Shown here: positions 13,677-25,900 of the stretch, one piece after another
Layout of the letters: each line of letters starts with the position of its first letter
Position numbering within the stretch: the stretch's first letter is position 1
Assembly: GCF_039654945.1 (NCBI RefSeq)
Contig: NW_027361684.1
Coordinates: forward strand, 16,926,001-16,990,000
Source: Dendrobates tinctorius
Lineage: Eukaryota
Length of the DNA: 64,000 nucleotides
Direction of reading: 5' to 3'
Position numbers and translations under genes: made by a program
Notes under the pieces: model-generated
Told to the model about the DNA's origin: nothing
The model's input: the letters and a program-made list of their open reading frames with translations, nothing else
Database searches by the model: none

Positions 13677-14668
13677 ATTAAATCTTACTTTGTCGCATTC
13701 CACGACCTACCGCGCCTACCCCCCTCCCCCTATCCTCTTCCTCCCCCTTTCCAACTATTTCCCCTCTTACTGTACCTATTCTTATCTCCATTCCTCTCTC
13801 TTTAGTCTTACTCTCTGCTCTCCTTTTTTTTTTTTCGTATTTATATCTATAGATGATTCTCTACACTTTGATTTTCAGGCAAGATTGGTACACCTGAACG
13901 GACTCAAATATGTATTACTTTATTCTTGCAATGGACTTACACTCCGCACCATAACCGGTTCGTCCGGTTCTCTGAGGACTGAATCACTATCATGGTGCGG
14001 ACCTCTTTTCTCACCTTGTTTGTACTCATACTGCTATCAACCGCTCATTTCACATTACCTAATCCCGTTTCAAGTGTAGGAATCGTAACCTTTATGTGAA
14101 TGTCTTATTTTTACTCTTTAATAAAAAGAATTTTGAAAAGAAAAGAATTAGGTATTCCTGAAGACATGTTACCTGATGTTAGGTTACTCAACTCTCTTTC
14201 TGAGATTAATCCCAATACTTTGGGTCAGGGACCTTTTACGGAACTGAGAAATAGAAGCACAAAAATGCCTCCACCTACAGTACTGGTGATTTATCTGCAA
14301 TTGATGTGTTCTTTAATTTAGTGACTCGGGATTTGATTGAGCTTTCGCATGATCATTTTTATTGTCACTTTAACTGTTCTAAGGAGGAAATTGATGCAAT
14401 TGCGCATTTGGAACGGGATGACAGCATTGTGATCAAACCCTCTGATAAGGGTGGCAATGTTGTCATCCTGGGGGTGGATCATTACCAACAAATGTGTGAC
14501 ACTATCCTTTCTGACAGTGATACTTATGAAGTTCTGGCACACAATCCCATGAATGTTTATCGAGAAGAACTGCGACAAATTCTATCAGAGGCCCTAAGTA
14601 AAAAGATCATTAATAAGACTGAATTTGAATTTTTATTCCCGAATCATCCAGTCATTGCCACCTTCTTA

Positions 14669-15052
14669 AGGTACTGTCACACTAAGCGATATCGCTAGCA
14701 ATATCGCTATAACTTGTGACGTTATAGCGATATTGCTAGCGATATCGCTGTGTCTGATACTTACCTACGACCGGCTCCCCCGCTGGTTATCGCTGATCGC
14801 GCGAGAACGTTCAGGACCACTTCTCGTCGCCAGCTTCCTGCGGCGCTTCCTGTGGAGAGACGAGCGACGAGCGTGGAGCCGGGTGCGAGGACGCAGGATC
14901 GCCTAGTGTGACAGGTAAGTAGCGACCCCCGTCCCCAGCGATGTCGCTGGTGAGATCTGCCTGTGTGGCAGCTCACTAGAGACCACTTAGCGATGTACCA
15001 GCGATCCTGACCGCGTCATATCGCTGGTACATCGCTAAGTGTGACAGTACCT
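14669..15052. mobile_element. Harbinger-type MITE inserted in the Penelope RT
   Basis: Perfect TIRs AGGTACTGTCACACT / AGTGTGACAGTACCT; TTA TSD; removal rejoins ATF-LPKILK. Confidence 0.9.
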
Positions 15053-16976
15053 TTACCCAAAATTCTTAAGGGGTTTAGTCCTCTTAAGGGTAGGCCAATT
15101 GTATCAGGAGTTGGCAGTCCCTGTCAGAATGTGGGGATTTATCTGGATAAGATCTTATCCCCTTTTGTTTCTTCATTACAGTCTTTTGTTAAGGACACAC
15201 CGGACCTCCTCTGTCGATTAGAGGGGCTTACTGGGGTGTCAATTCCAAGAACATAATTTTTTCATATTGGAGCTCCTTCGATTTTGTTTAACCAGAAACT
15301 TCTTTGTCTTTAACCATAAGGTCTACCACCAGCTGAGGGGGACCGCTATGGGGAGCCCCTGTGCACCGGCTTATGCGAATCGCCTCCTCGGCTGGTGGGA
15401 GGAGACTTTGGTTTTTGGTGGTGAGTTAGATGAAGGTTCGTTATGTGCCATGTCCCTGAACTATAGACACGGTACATAGATGATATATTCATTGTGTGGG
15501 GGGGCTCAGTTGAGGAATTTGATGAATTTGTGGCTGGTCTGAACCATAATGATATAGGCCTGTTTTTTACTGCTGTTTTTGAGACATCAATATTGCCGTT
15601 CCTTGATATTTTGATTGAGAAAAATGAGAAAGGAGAGGTGGGGACTTCAACGTATAGAAAGCCCACTTCCACTAATTCCCTACTACATTGGGGGAGCCAC
15701 CACCCCCAACATTTAAAGAGAGCCATTCCTAAGGGACAATATCTCAGAATCCGGAGGAACTGCTCTGATATGTCGACGTTTGAGTCCCAAGCTAGGGACA
15801 TAAGGGATAGATTCCTGAATAGGGGTTATCCCAAAAAAGTGTTAAAACAGGCCTACCAAGGAGCTAAGAGTCGGATGCGTTCTGAATTATTGAACACCAA
15901 TAATAAGAAACCTTTGGAGAATGATACCCTTAGATTTATTACAACTTATGATAATGGTGCAATTCCTGTGAGGAACATCATCAAGAAGCATTGGTCCATA
16001 TTACAGATGGACAATGACTGCTCCCCTTATTTGAGTGATTCCCCTATGATCACATATAGGAAAGCACGATCCTTGAATGACAGACTGGTGCGGAGCCATT
16101 TTTCTACTCCTGTGAATAGAACATGGCTCCACAGTGACATCATGGGTTGCTTCAAATGTGGTCATTGTGTGGCTTGCTCACACATTGGAGCAAGTAGGGA
16201 TTTTGTGAGTAATGTGACTGGGAAGAATTATTCTATTAAACATTTTATGAACTGTAGCACCAAGGGCGTCATTTATAAGGTCACCTGTAAATGTGGACTG
16301 GAATATGTCGGCAAAACAATCCGTGAATTTAGGAGGAGGATTGGCGAACATGTGGGAGATGTAACACATAAAAGGGATACGCCAATTTCTAGACATGCTC
16401 ATGGTGCACATGATGGCCAGATCGCGCACCTCAGCTTTACTGCCATTGACAGGGTCTTTAAACCACAGAGAGGAGGCAACTGGGACCAGTTCCTGTTGCA
16501 ACGTGAAGCCAAGTGGATCTTTTATTTGGACACGGTAGCACCTAAGGGCCTCAATGAACAAATCAATTATAACTGTTTTATTTGAATTCCTCCTTTTTTC
16601 CCCTTTTCGTTTTTCACCCACATTTAGGAACGTTATTAAGCCTAAATCACTATTTGGTCACCTATTATCAGGATTTGCATATGTATATACATATGTATAC
16701 ACTCATATATGTATCTCCTGTTGTCATTTAACTTCAATGACTTGTCATGTGTACACTTTACTCCCTACTGTTTACCCTTCTATATTTGATGTTAGGTGGA
16801 CCACTGTCTCCTATTTATGCGCCCTTGTGACGCTGTTTAGAAAGGGGTTAATTTATTTTTTTGGCTCCTGTAGTGGTGTGCATCTCTGATGGGAGTATTT
16901 GCCCCTCCTTTGTTGTGGCTGCGCCGGTCAGCGCTTTGTTCGCTAACAGGAATAAGAGGAGATGCCACATACAAAG

Positions 16977-17340
16977 CGTCACCGGAAGTGGGGCATTATT
17001 GTAATATGTCCGCTGACCGGAAGTGTGGCATCTGCATTTGAGGCGGTCCGCCTCCAGAAAAACGTCACCGGAAGTGGGGCATTATTCTAATATGTCCGCT
17101 GACCGGAAGTGTGGCATCTGCATTTGAGGCGGTCCGCCTCCAGAAAAACGTCACCGGAAGTGGGGCATTATTCTAATATGTCCGCTGACCGGAAGTGTGG
17201 CATCTGCATTTGAGGCAGTCCGCCTCCAGAAAAACGTCATCGGAAGTGGGGCATTATTCTAATATGTCCGCTGACCGGAAGTGTGGCATCTGCATTTGAG
17301 GCGGTCTGCCTCCAGAAAAACGTCACCGGAAGTGGGGCAC
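16977..17340 (+). repeat. 86-bp tandem repeat (4 full units + partial) inside the Penelope pLTR; two CCGGAAGTG motifs per unit
   Basis: Unit starts at 16977, 17063, 17149, 17235, 17321. Confidence 0.95.
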
Positions 17341-17674
17341 TCTTCCATCTTGGTGGTCCAACAGGAAGTGGGGCTTTTTCCTTTCTTTTGATTTGCTCTA
17401 TACTTGTGACGCTGGTGTGGGCGGAGTAAGCGCCGATTTCGGCGTGCGTTCCACGGATGCTGAACCGCTTAATGACGGACATTTTGATATACCAGATATG
17501 GGAGTGAGTATTTGTGTGACACTTTGATTGTTTGATTATGGCATCAGGTGTGGATGGTTTGATGTCATCTTACCATATAAATATGCCCTCCGTCCTCCAC
17601 TCTCTGCAGACAGCATTGAGAGTAGGAGGACCTATGTCTTGCGCTTTAGCACTATGGCACTTTGTAACAAGTTA

Positions 17675-17712
17675 GTCCCCTGAAGATTTACTTGGATGAA
17701 ATGCGTTGGGAC
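17675..17712 (+). ncRNA. Type I hammerhead ribozyme with decayed stem II
   Basis: gtccc-CTGAAGA-tttacttggat-GAAA-tgcg-tt-gggac; homologous to the intact copy at 61046-61084. Confidence 0.75.
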
Positions 17713-19964
17713 GCTCTTCTAAGGGAAAGTGCAGGGCATGTGCAATATAGTGTGAGCTGTGGACTGCCCTTGTAAGGGCAGGAGTCTGGGGATCAGATGA
17801 TGGTTAGTTCTTGAGGGAATTGACAGGGTATTGTCCTCCCATCACTACCTCCCTGTGTGTTTACAGAGTATCCCTGGAGACTCCTGGCCATATGCATAAA
17901 CCGGTGAGATTGTTCCTGTTTTTATATCTCATCTTTCTGTATCTTGTGGCTATAAACCTCTTTGGTTTAGTCAGACAAAATATATATATGCAATTGGCTA
18001 TGGCATCGTGTGCTAATTGTTAAATGCTGTATCCTTTACACAAACTGTTGCCTGACACGATATATTAGCAACATTTTATATCCTGACTGATGCATTTGGG
18101 TGGTTCCAAATTTCCTCCAGGGATTACCCATTAAACTGGCATCCTTTTATAATCACTATTTGGTGACATTATTGTATTGGAGCTTTTAAGTTATACATAT
18201 TAAAAGTTATAGTTTAACCTCACTTATTGCTGTATAGATTTCTTGAAGAAGTGCCTGTCGCTTTGAATCAAAACCACAACGCTTAATATTACTGATCAGG
18301 TTAGCACAATCTGATAAAAATACTCATGTTTGTTCGATAAGACCCTATTTGCATTACCTTCTCCCCAGTGGGTTATGTCTCTCTCTTTCTTGGCAGATAG
18401 TTCCTAACAACCTGTCTGTTGTGCTGCCACCAATCTCTCCCGGCAAAGAGCGGCCACAGACTGCTCCTGCCAGCGATTCAGCGATTTCCATTGACGTCAC
18501 ATTGACAGAGCAGCAGCTTTGGTTCTATGAACGGGGCGTGACTGCCAATGCCATGCTGATTGCCAGCTGGCTCCCCACAGGTAGACAATCGGCATGACAT
18601 CAGCAGTCATGTCCTGTCGACAGTGCAGCCCGTCTGTAGACGTTAAGCAGCTGAATTGCCAGCAGGAGCGGTCAATCACTGCTCTGTGTCGGCGTTGGGT
18701 AGAACATGCAAGTAGTCTATTGCCTGTTAATTTTTAGGACAATAGTAAAATACATAAAAAAAGAAAAGTCCTGGATAAACCCTTTTAAGTTTTTGTTTTT
18801 TTTTTGTTAATAAATATTCTTGTCCAGCATGGAACATTATGAAATTTTGCAAATCACTTTATTAAAATATTTGATATTTATTAAGATATTTGTCTGCATT
18901 CCTTCTACAAAATTTGCATGTAAGTCGCTCTCAAACCCTTGCTTTTCCACAGCCTATTTTCCTGCAATTATAGCAGAAATCATTTGGAGTACAGCTGATG
19001 ACAGTGAAAGGGTCAGCGCCTGCCTCCTCCTGTGAGTGTTCCGCTTAGAAATTGTGTACACTGTCATGTAACACGGCCGTTTGCTATCCAGCATTTTATG
19101 AGCTAGCACTCGGCCCAATGTTGTACTATTGGTCAATGTAGATTTTCGGCACGAGAAAACAATCTCCGCATGCGGCGAGTGCGTCCAATAATCTGATCGC
19201 ATGCACTCATACAAGTCTATAGGGGCCGTGAAACATCGGACTGCGCTCTTTTGTCATCTAAGAGCAGTCCAATATACTCCCACAGAGACTATGGAGAAGA
19301 TGGAGCAATTAATTTCTCCTTCTTCTCCACACCAGTAATATGATTTTCTCATGCGAGAGAATTGGATCACAGTAAGATGACACTCGGATCAAACCCTGAC
19401 AGAGTTTGAGCAGAATTTAATTAGTGTGTCCCCAGCCTTATCAGAACAGTCTCCTGCAGCAACTTATTCCCAAAGTTGAGGTACAGATGCTGACGCTTTC
19501 ACTGCCATCATGAGTACATTCTGATATCAATGCAGCTAAAGACAGCCAAATAGACTGGGGAAAAGCCAAGGGTTTTTTCTTATTTTTTTTTTTTTTACAA
19601 GAATGTAGACCAATACCTAATAAGGTGATTTGTAAAATTTCATAACTTTTCAGGCTGGAGAAAATTATTAAAAAAAATAATACAAGTTTAGTTACTATTG
19701 TCCGTCATGTAACAAAAAAGGAATAATGGAGTCCAAGAAATCAATATGTTATGATATCCAGATATCTATGTGGAGTGCACTCATGAATTATAAATCTGGG
19801 ATGCATAAGTAATGACCAGCGATTAGGAAAAGATTAAAGTTGTTTGTCAAACTAAAGCGGATTAGCTGTTCACGTGACCCAACACACAGATCACAAAGCG
19901 TCCTGGGGGGGGCTATGAAAACACATCCATCCATCCAAACATCTAAACTGACCTGAGTAATGAA

Positions 19965-22900
19965 ATGGGAGCCGCAAGCAGCGACACAAAGGTAGGAGAT
20001 CAACACAGAATTCTAAAATTGAGACAGATTACTTTTCTCCTTAATCCCAAATTATTGTCCCAAAAGCATATTTTAGAAACCAACACTTGGCGAGATCAAG
20101 ATTTTTTTTTTTTAGAAAGGGCTAAAATCATCTTTATTGAACAAAATGTAAAAGGAACATGTATAAACCATGTATAGATATAAGAACAAATTTTCATTAC
20201 AATAAAAGTAGGAGTGGAATACACAAGAACAGGCGAAGAAGGGGTGGGTAAACCTGGATAGATAAATAGTGTTTATCAAACCATCTGCATTACAACATTA
20301 AATGGAATACTCCTATGTAACATGCATAAAACCAAAGTATGTGACGTGCAGGTACGGCTACACATGCATACCATGGCCAGATACTATATAACTAAAAGAC
20401 ATCAATAACGGTATCGGTGAGGATATGGCCGCTTACTAAAGATTATAGGACAAGTGGACGCAGAGGGGAGTCCACACCTCTACGAGATAGAGACTTTTTC
20501 CAGCTCGGAGCACCGGTTGCATCCATATTGTTGTGTTTTCTTAGATATTTTCTTGCTGTGTTTTATTCGTGATTTGCTTACTCGTCAGTTAGTCCTCAAG
20601 AATCAATGTTTCCATTCATTGACAGTAAGCAGAGGAAGATGAGCAGGCTAGATCTTATGTATGGCTAAGGGTAAATGTAAAAGCAATCATCCTATCAATC
20701 CCCTCTGTATTGCAAGGTCTCACACCATTCTATTCCCACTCTTAAGGCCCCGTCTCGCATAACGAGATCGTTAGCGAGATCACTGTTGCGTCACTGATTT
20801 TGTGACGCAACAGCGATCTCGCTACATGTGACACGTAGCAGCGACCGGCCCCCACGCTGGATATCGCTGATCGTACTCGAATGTCCCAAGCCATCTGGTC
20901 GTTGGCGTCCAGCTGGCCAGCATGCAGCGCTTTGTTTGACGCCGACGAGCGACCTCGTTGGCGATGCAGAACTCAGGGACGCAGGCGGGAGTTGTCAGAA
21001 TAGCTACTCTGTGACAAGGTACAAATGACCGCCGAGGTCGTTATACAGATCACCGTATCGTTACTGCATCGTTGGGTAGACCTGTCTGTTTGACCGCTTA
21101 CTAGCGACCATGTAGCGACGTACTGGCGATCCTTACCAGGTCGTATCGTTGTCGGGATCGCTGGTGCTTCGCTTAGTGTAACGGTACCCTTAGGCCCATT
21201 GTGTGATGGGGATAGTAGACCCAAGGAAGCTGCCACCACAGGGGGTCTCGCATACAGCCCCATGTGATGGAATATGCTTTGTTCTGTGACCGAAGAAAAT
21301 TGTTTAAGGGGAGGGAGAAAAAGGCACATGGGTTGAATCAGGCAGTTGTTGGAGGGACTTCGAAGGGAAAGGATCGAAGCTGGGATGGATTGATTGTTGG
21401 CTGGAGGGGTAAACGTGAGCTACGGTCATGATATCCATCATCTGGAGGAACATAGACTGTGACTGCACACTATACCGGCTGGAGATACCAAAAGCTGTGG
21501 GCCAACCAAAAGTTGGTAGACAGTGGGTATCGCCTGGTACGGGACCAGTGGAACTACTGATCTCACTTGTGGACTGATGACATTGTATGTTGACCATCTA
21601 CCTGGACTTTTTGTACAACCATGGATGTATGGAATAAAAATAGTTGCATCGTTAACCTGCCTAGGAGATTTTTTTTTTATAACCCACAACCTCAGATCTT
21701 CACAGTATCATCTAAAGTGCAAATAAGGTAAAGGGATCTGGACAAAGCCTTTCAAGCGAAACGCGCGTCGGGTGTGGTGGGTACATGGAGAGCTTGATCT
21801 CTAAGTGTTGTTTTTTTTATAAAAGTAATATTGAAACTGATTATTACAAAATCCAGAAGTTCCACTAGATGCATCAATGTTTGAGAATCTGACTACAGAA
21901 TTCCTGAAAATATGATTCATCTGTTCAAAGTGGAAGATTCAGTGTGTGCCTTCATCTAGCGCTGGCCACGGGGCTGGGTATAACAGAGGGCTGATAGGTG
22001 CCATCTTCTGTAATGTCCCTTCTTGTACTGCAGAATTCCACCTCTTTTTCACCCAACCTGTGGGTTCCTCCCTGGAAAGATTTGTGGAATGGGGAAATCC
22101 AGACTTCATCACGACTGAGCCAGCTGTGGGACACTGGACGTACAGTGAAGAACAAGCTTATGACAGCGCATCAGACTAGCCCTCCGGAAGAGAAGGTGGC
22201 CGAGCGGAGTCTCCCACAATGTATATCCTTATTCCTGCCGGAGTTCCCAGTTTGGTCTCCGACTGCACAGCCAAAGTTAAAGGTCATTATTATATGTAAA
22301 TGTGAATAAGTATTTATTGTTTAAACAGATCTCCAGGACTTTATCGAAGGTCAACACTTTGGATAGGTCATTGACATCAGAAGGGATTCTACCCCTGGCA
22401 GCCCACCCATCATCTGTTGGCACAGAGCAATGTGCAGAGCTGCAACAGCACAGCTCCATACACTGCTTAGTGGCCATCATTGTGTAGTGCAGCTCAATAC
22501 TCATTTACTTCAATAGGAGCTGAGCTGCAGTACCTGAGAATGGCCACTAAACAGAGTACGGAGCTGTGCTCTTCTGGCTCTGCACCTGATTAGAGCAGAG
22601 AGCTGCTAACAGCTGATTGGTGGGATACTAACTGGACCTTCATTGACCTGATATTGATGACCTCTCCTAGGGTCACACCAGCAAATTTTCTCTCATTTGA
22701 ATCAGGCAGAATATGGGGAACATTTTTTTCTGCCGGGAGCCATTTACATATTTCTACCATCATTCACAGGCTGTAAAAATTATCAATTTAAAAATGTATT
22801 CTGCTGTAATTAGTCAATTAACTCACCCCTAATGTGATGTCGGGGGCATATTTACATCACAGGAGACACTGGGGGCATATACGCATCACAATAGACAGTG

Positions 22901-25900
22901 GGGGACATATACGCATAACAGGAGGGGCTGGGGGGCATATACGTATCACAGGAGGGGCTGGGGGGCATATACGCATCACAATAGACAGTGGGGGGCATAT
23001 GCGCATCACAGGAGGGGCTGGGGGGCATATACGCATCACAGGAGGGGCTGGGGACAAATATACATCACATGAGAGGCTGGGGACATAGACATTACAGGAC
23101 AGGCTGGGGCTGCTGTTGTCACTGGTGGGACTGGAGCGCAGAGCGCGCTGACTCCAAGGTACGTCAGCATCTTCCGTGCACGCTCTCCACTGAATGCTAC
23201 ATTCGCGTGCTCGCAGTCTCCAGAGCAATTAACGGGCCTACGGCCACCAAAACGCGCCTGCCGGCCTGAGTACTGCGGTCAGAGAAAAGGACCACAAATG
23301 GCCCACCATCTCTGCTATAATGTATGATAATGTATGATGTAAAAGAGAATATTCCCATTCTCTGACAGCAAACTAAAATATAATAGTCAATTGAAGCACA
23401 AAGATCTTGATTAATTGTTGCATTTGTGCTTATTTGTATGTTGAGTTTTTGATGTTTTTAGCCTCTTTTTTTCATTTTTTGTCCTCATGTCTTTGTTTGT
23501 TTTTTGTAAGTTCACTAGAGATTCGGATTTCTAGATGTTTTTGTCTGATTCTTCATTTGCAACTTTTCAAAAAAATCAAAATATCCGTCTCAAATGTGCT
23601 CTAATATTCCTCATGGAGTAATTTTATATGTGGCAGATAATTTGGCTCAATTTTTATGCAATTTTGCAAAACTCGTGACTTTTTGCACTAAAAAAACTTG
23701 CAAGGAAAAATAAAAGACAAAAATAATGACTATTTTTGACTATTGAGCAAACTTCCCAATCTACATGCGCCATTTTTAAGAATTTGTTGCAAAAAAAGGA
23801 CAGCAAATATCTCATATGAAAACTCTGCAAATGATGAAAGAAAGTAGATTGAAAAATTGTGTGACTTTTCTATAATCCATAAACAAAAACGACAAAAAAA
23901 TTACTTATAGGGGTAATCTCACAAACCACCTATTAAGTTTTGTAACTTCTTTCTGTGAAATAACCAATGTTTCATGTGATATAGATTTTAGGTTGTGTTG
24001 CTAAAGGATCCCTTGGTCCGGTACTCAAAGTATTAAACTGCACCGAGCAAAAGATCTTTGCCTTAAAGGTGAGACATCAATTTTCACATTTTCCAAATAT
24101 TTTGACACCTAGATGTTCGTGGTTGATATATGAATTTGTTATTCTCAGGTATTGCCCAAAGGGGAGATTCTCCGACGCAACACCCTAAAACAATGTAAAG
24201 AGGAGGTCAGCATACAGGTATGACTGCTACTCTGGGTGGAGGGAACTGAAGTATAGAATGCGAGATAAAAAAAAATCGTATTTTAGTATTGTTACAAGGT
24301 CACATTGCTGTAGTCTGCATAGAACCATTGGCACAACTATAAGCCAGTGGTGCTCAAGTAGGATCCCAATCCGTAACCTTCTATATATCAGCTTGGCACA
24401 CACATTAGAATCCAGTGAAGAATATGATTTAATTAAACTCTCTGGACAAGCGGTGGATACCGCATCTTTGCTCGTTGTTAACCCTCTCCTACTGGACTGA
24501 TTTATGGTCCTCCAATACCTCATTGCTACCTAAGGGACAGTCTGCCCTATTATCACAAGCTTACAGTACATTACTTGGTACATTGATGAAGGTCGTTGTG
24601 ACCGAAACGTCTATACAGTATGTACTGTGCCTTTAATTAGATCATATTCTTCTAATGTGTGTACAATGTTAATATATAGAAGGGTATATTGCTGAAGTCT
24701 TTTACCACCACTGATTTCTAGAAGAAAAGGCTCTATAATAATGTGGCTGAGAGATTAATGAGATTATCCAATGAACAACACTTATCACTCATCCACAGGA
24801 TAGGAGATAAATGTTTGATCGATTGTAGTCTAATTTTTAGAACTCCAATTGATACCGAGAAAGGGGGTTCTGTGTCCCTCGAATGAGGGAAGCAGTAGTG
24901 ATCATGTGTGATCAACCCTCTATCTTTGTTTTTATCTATATTTACTTTGAGAATTTATTCTTCATTTTTTGGGGGGCAAAAAAAATTAAGCGCCTCATGG
25001 AAAACACAATGGCACATTATTTGAAGGGTCACCGGCTTAAAAAAAAAACAACTATTTTGCAGGTTGCCTCATTTCTTGGAACCCATTTCTTGGCTACCAT
25101 TGAAATCAATAGGCTATCCATATGACGCACGGACACCATGGGTTCTCCAGAGCGACAGATACTCTTTGTGGTCACTGTCCGCTTTGGGTGATGCCATAGT
25201 GATACCAAAATGTCATAACAGGATTTTTTTTTAAACCCGAAAAGACATAATATAATATTCTATGTGTATTATGTTGATGAATATTTCTTCTGCATTTCTG
25301 TAAGATTCTGTGATTGAGACTTTCTTGATTTTGTTGTTTGGAGCAGAGATAACAAGTTTGTCTTTGGCACCAGAGGCAGGTAAAGCATCCATTCATCCAG
25401 TGTCTTGGCGAGAGCTGGCAGGGACAGCGCCATCTTTTCATCAGTGAGTGCCATATTTGAAGTCTGGACTATTAGAAAAAAAAAAATACAGTTCAACTTC
25501 ATAAATCATGTTAATTTTACCCTTTAGTGCGTTGAAGAATTCTGTGTATGTGTATTAGTGCTATTACTAAAGTTTGTCCCCAATATCATATATAATACAG
25601 CAAAAATGAGTTTTATCAACGTAATTAGTAGTCATTAATAATAAAATTTCAAATATATATTCTAAAAATGATTTGCGACATGACTTTCTCTCTTTGTGAC
25701 AGTGTGCAACTACTGTAGCTACGGGGACTTGTATTCCTTGTGGATGTCCGCCAAGTACATTGATGAAGACACCATAAGGTTATTTGCTGTGGAACTGGTG
25801 TCTGTTTTAGGTAAGTTTTATAGTCTCTACAAAGGAAGTCGTAAAGGGGGCACAATACTGGTAATTGTCCATCGCCCCCTAGAAAAAGGATGGATTCTAT

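Larger units (their letters stand above)
7291..14143 (+). mobile_element. Full-length L1 LINE (6.85 kb): ~1 kb 5'UTR, ORF1, ORF2, 3'UTR; inactivated by a few stops and frameshifts
   Basis: 17-bp TSD AGAATTAGGTATTCCTG at 7274-7290 and 14144-14160; 5' end GAGATCCAAGATGGCCG (YY1 motif); AATAAA at 14120 with an A-rich tail. Confidence 0.95.
7127..18230 (+). mobile_element. Penelope-like element (Neptune-type RT + GIY-YIG), degenerate, split by an L1 and a MITE; 3' pseudo-LTR with hammerhead
   Basis: Fragments LKGLSFVP...KPSDKGGNVV...ATF|LPKILK...GRPIVSG...QLRGTAMGSPCAP...RYIDDIF; Cys linker CFKCGHCVAC; GVIYKVTCKCGLEYVGKT (GIY-YIG); ORF ends at 16585. Outer boundaries approximate. Confidence 0.9.

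Noticed and set aside
21735-21775. Hammerhead-like CTGGACAA..GCGAAACGCGCGTC
   Set aside because: Core and stems too degenerate; at best a dead pLTR relic.
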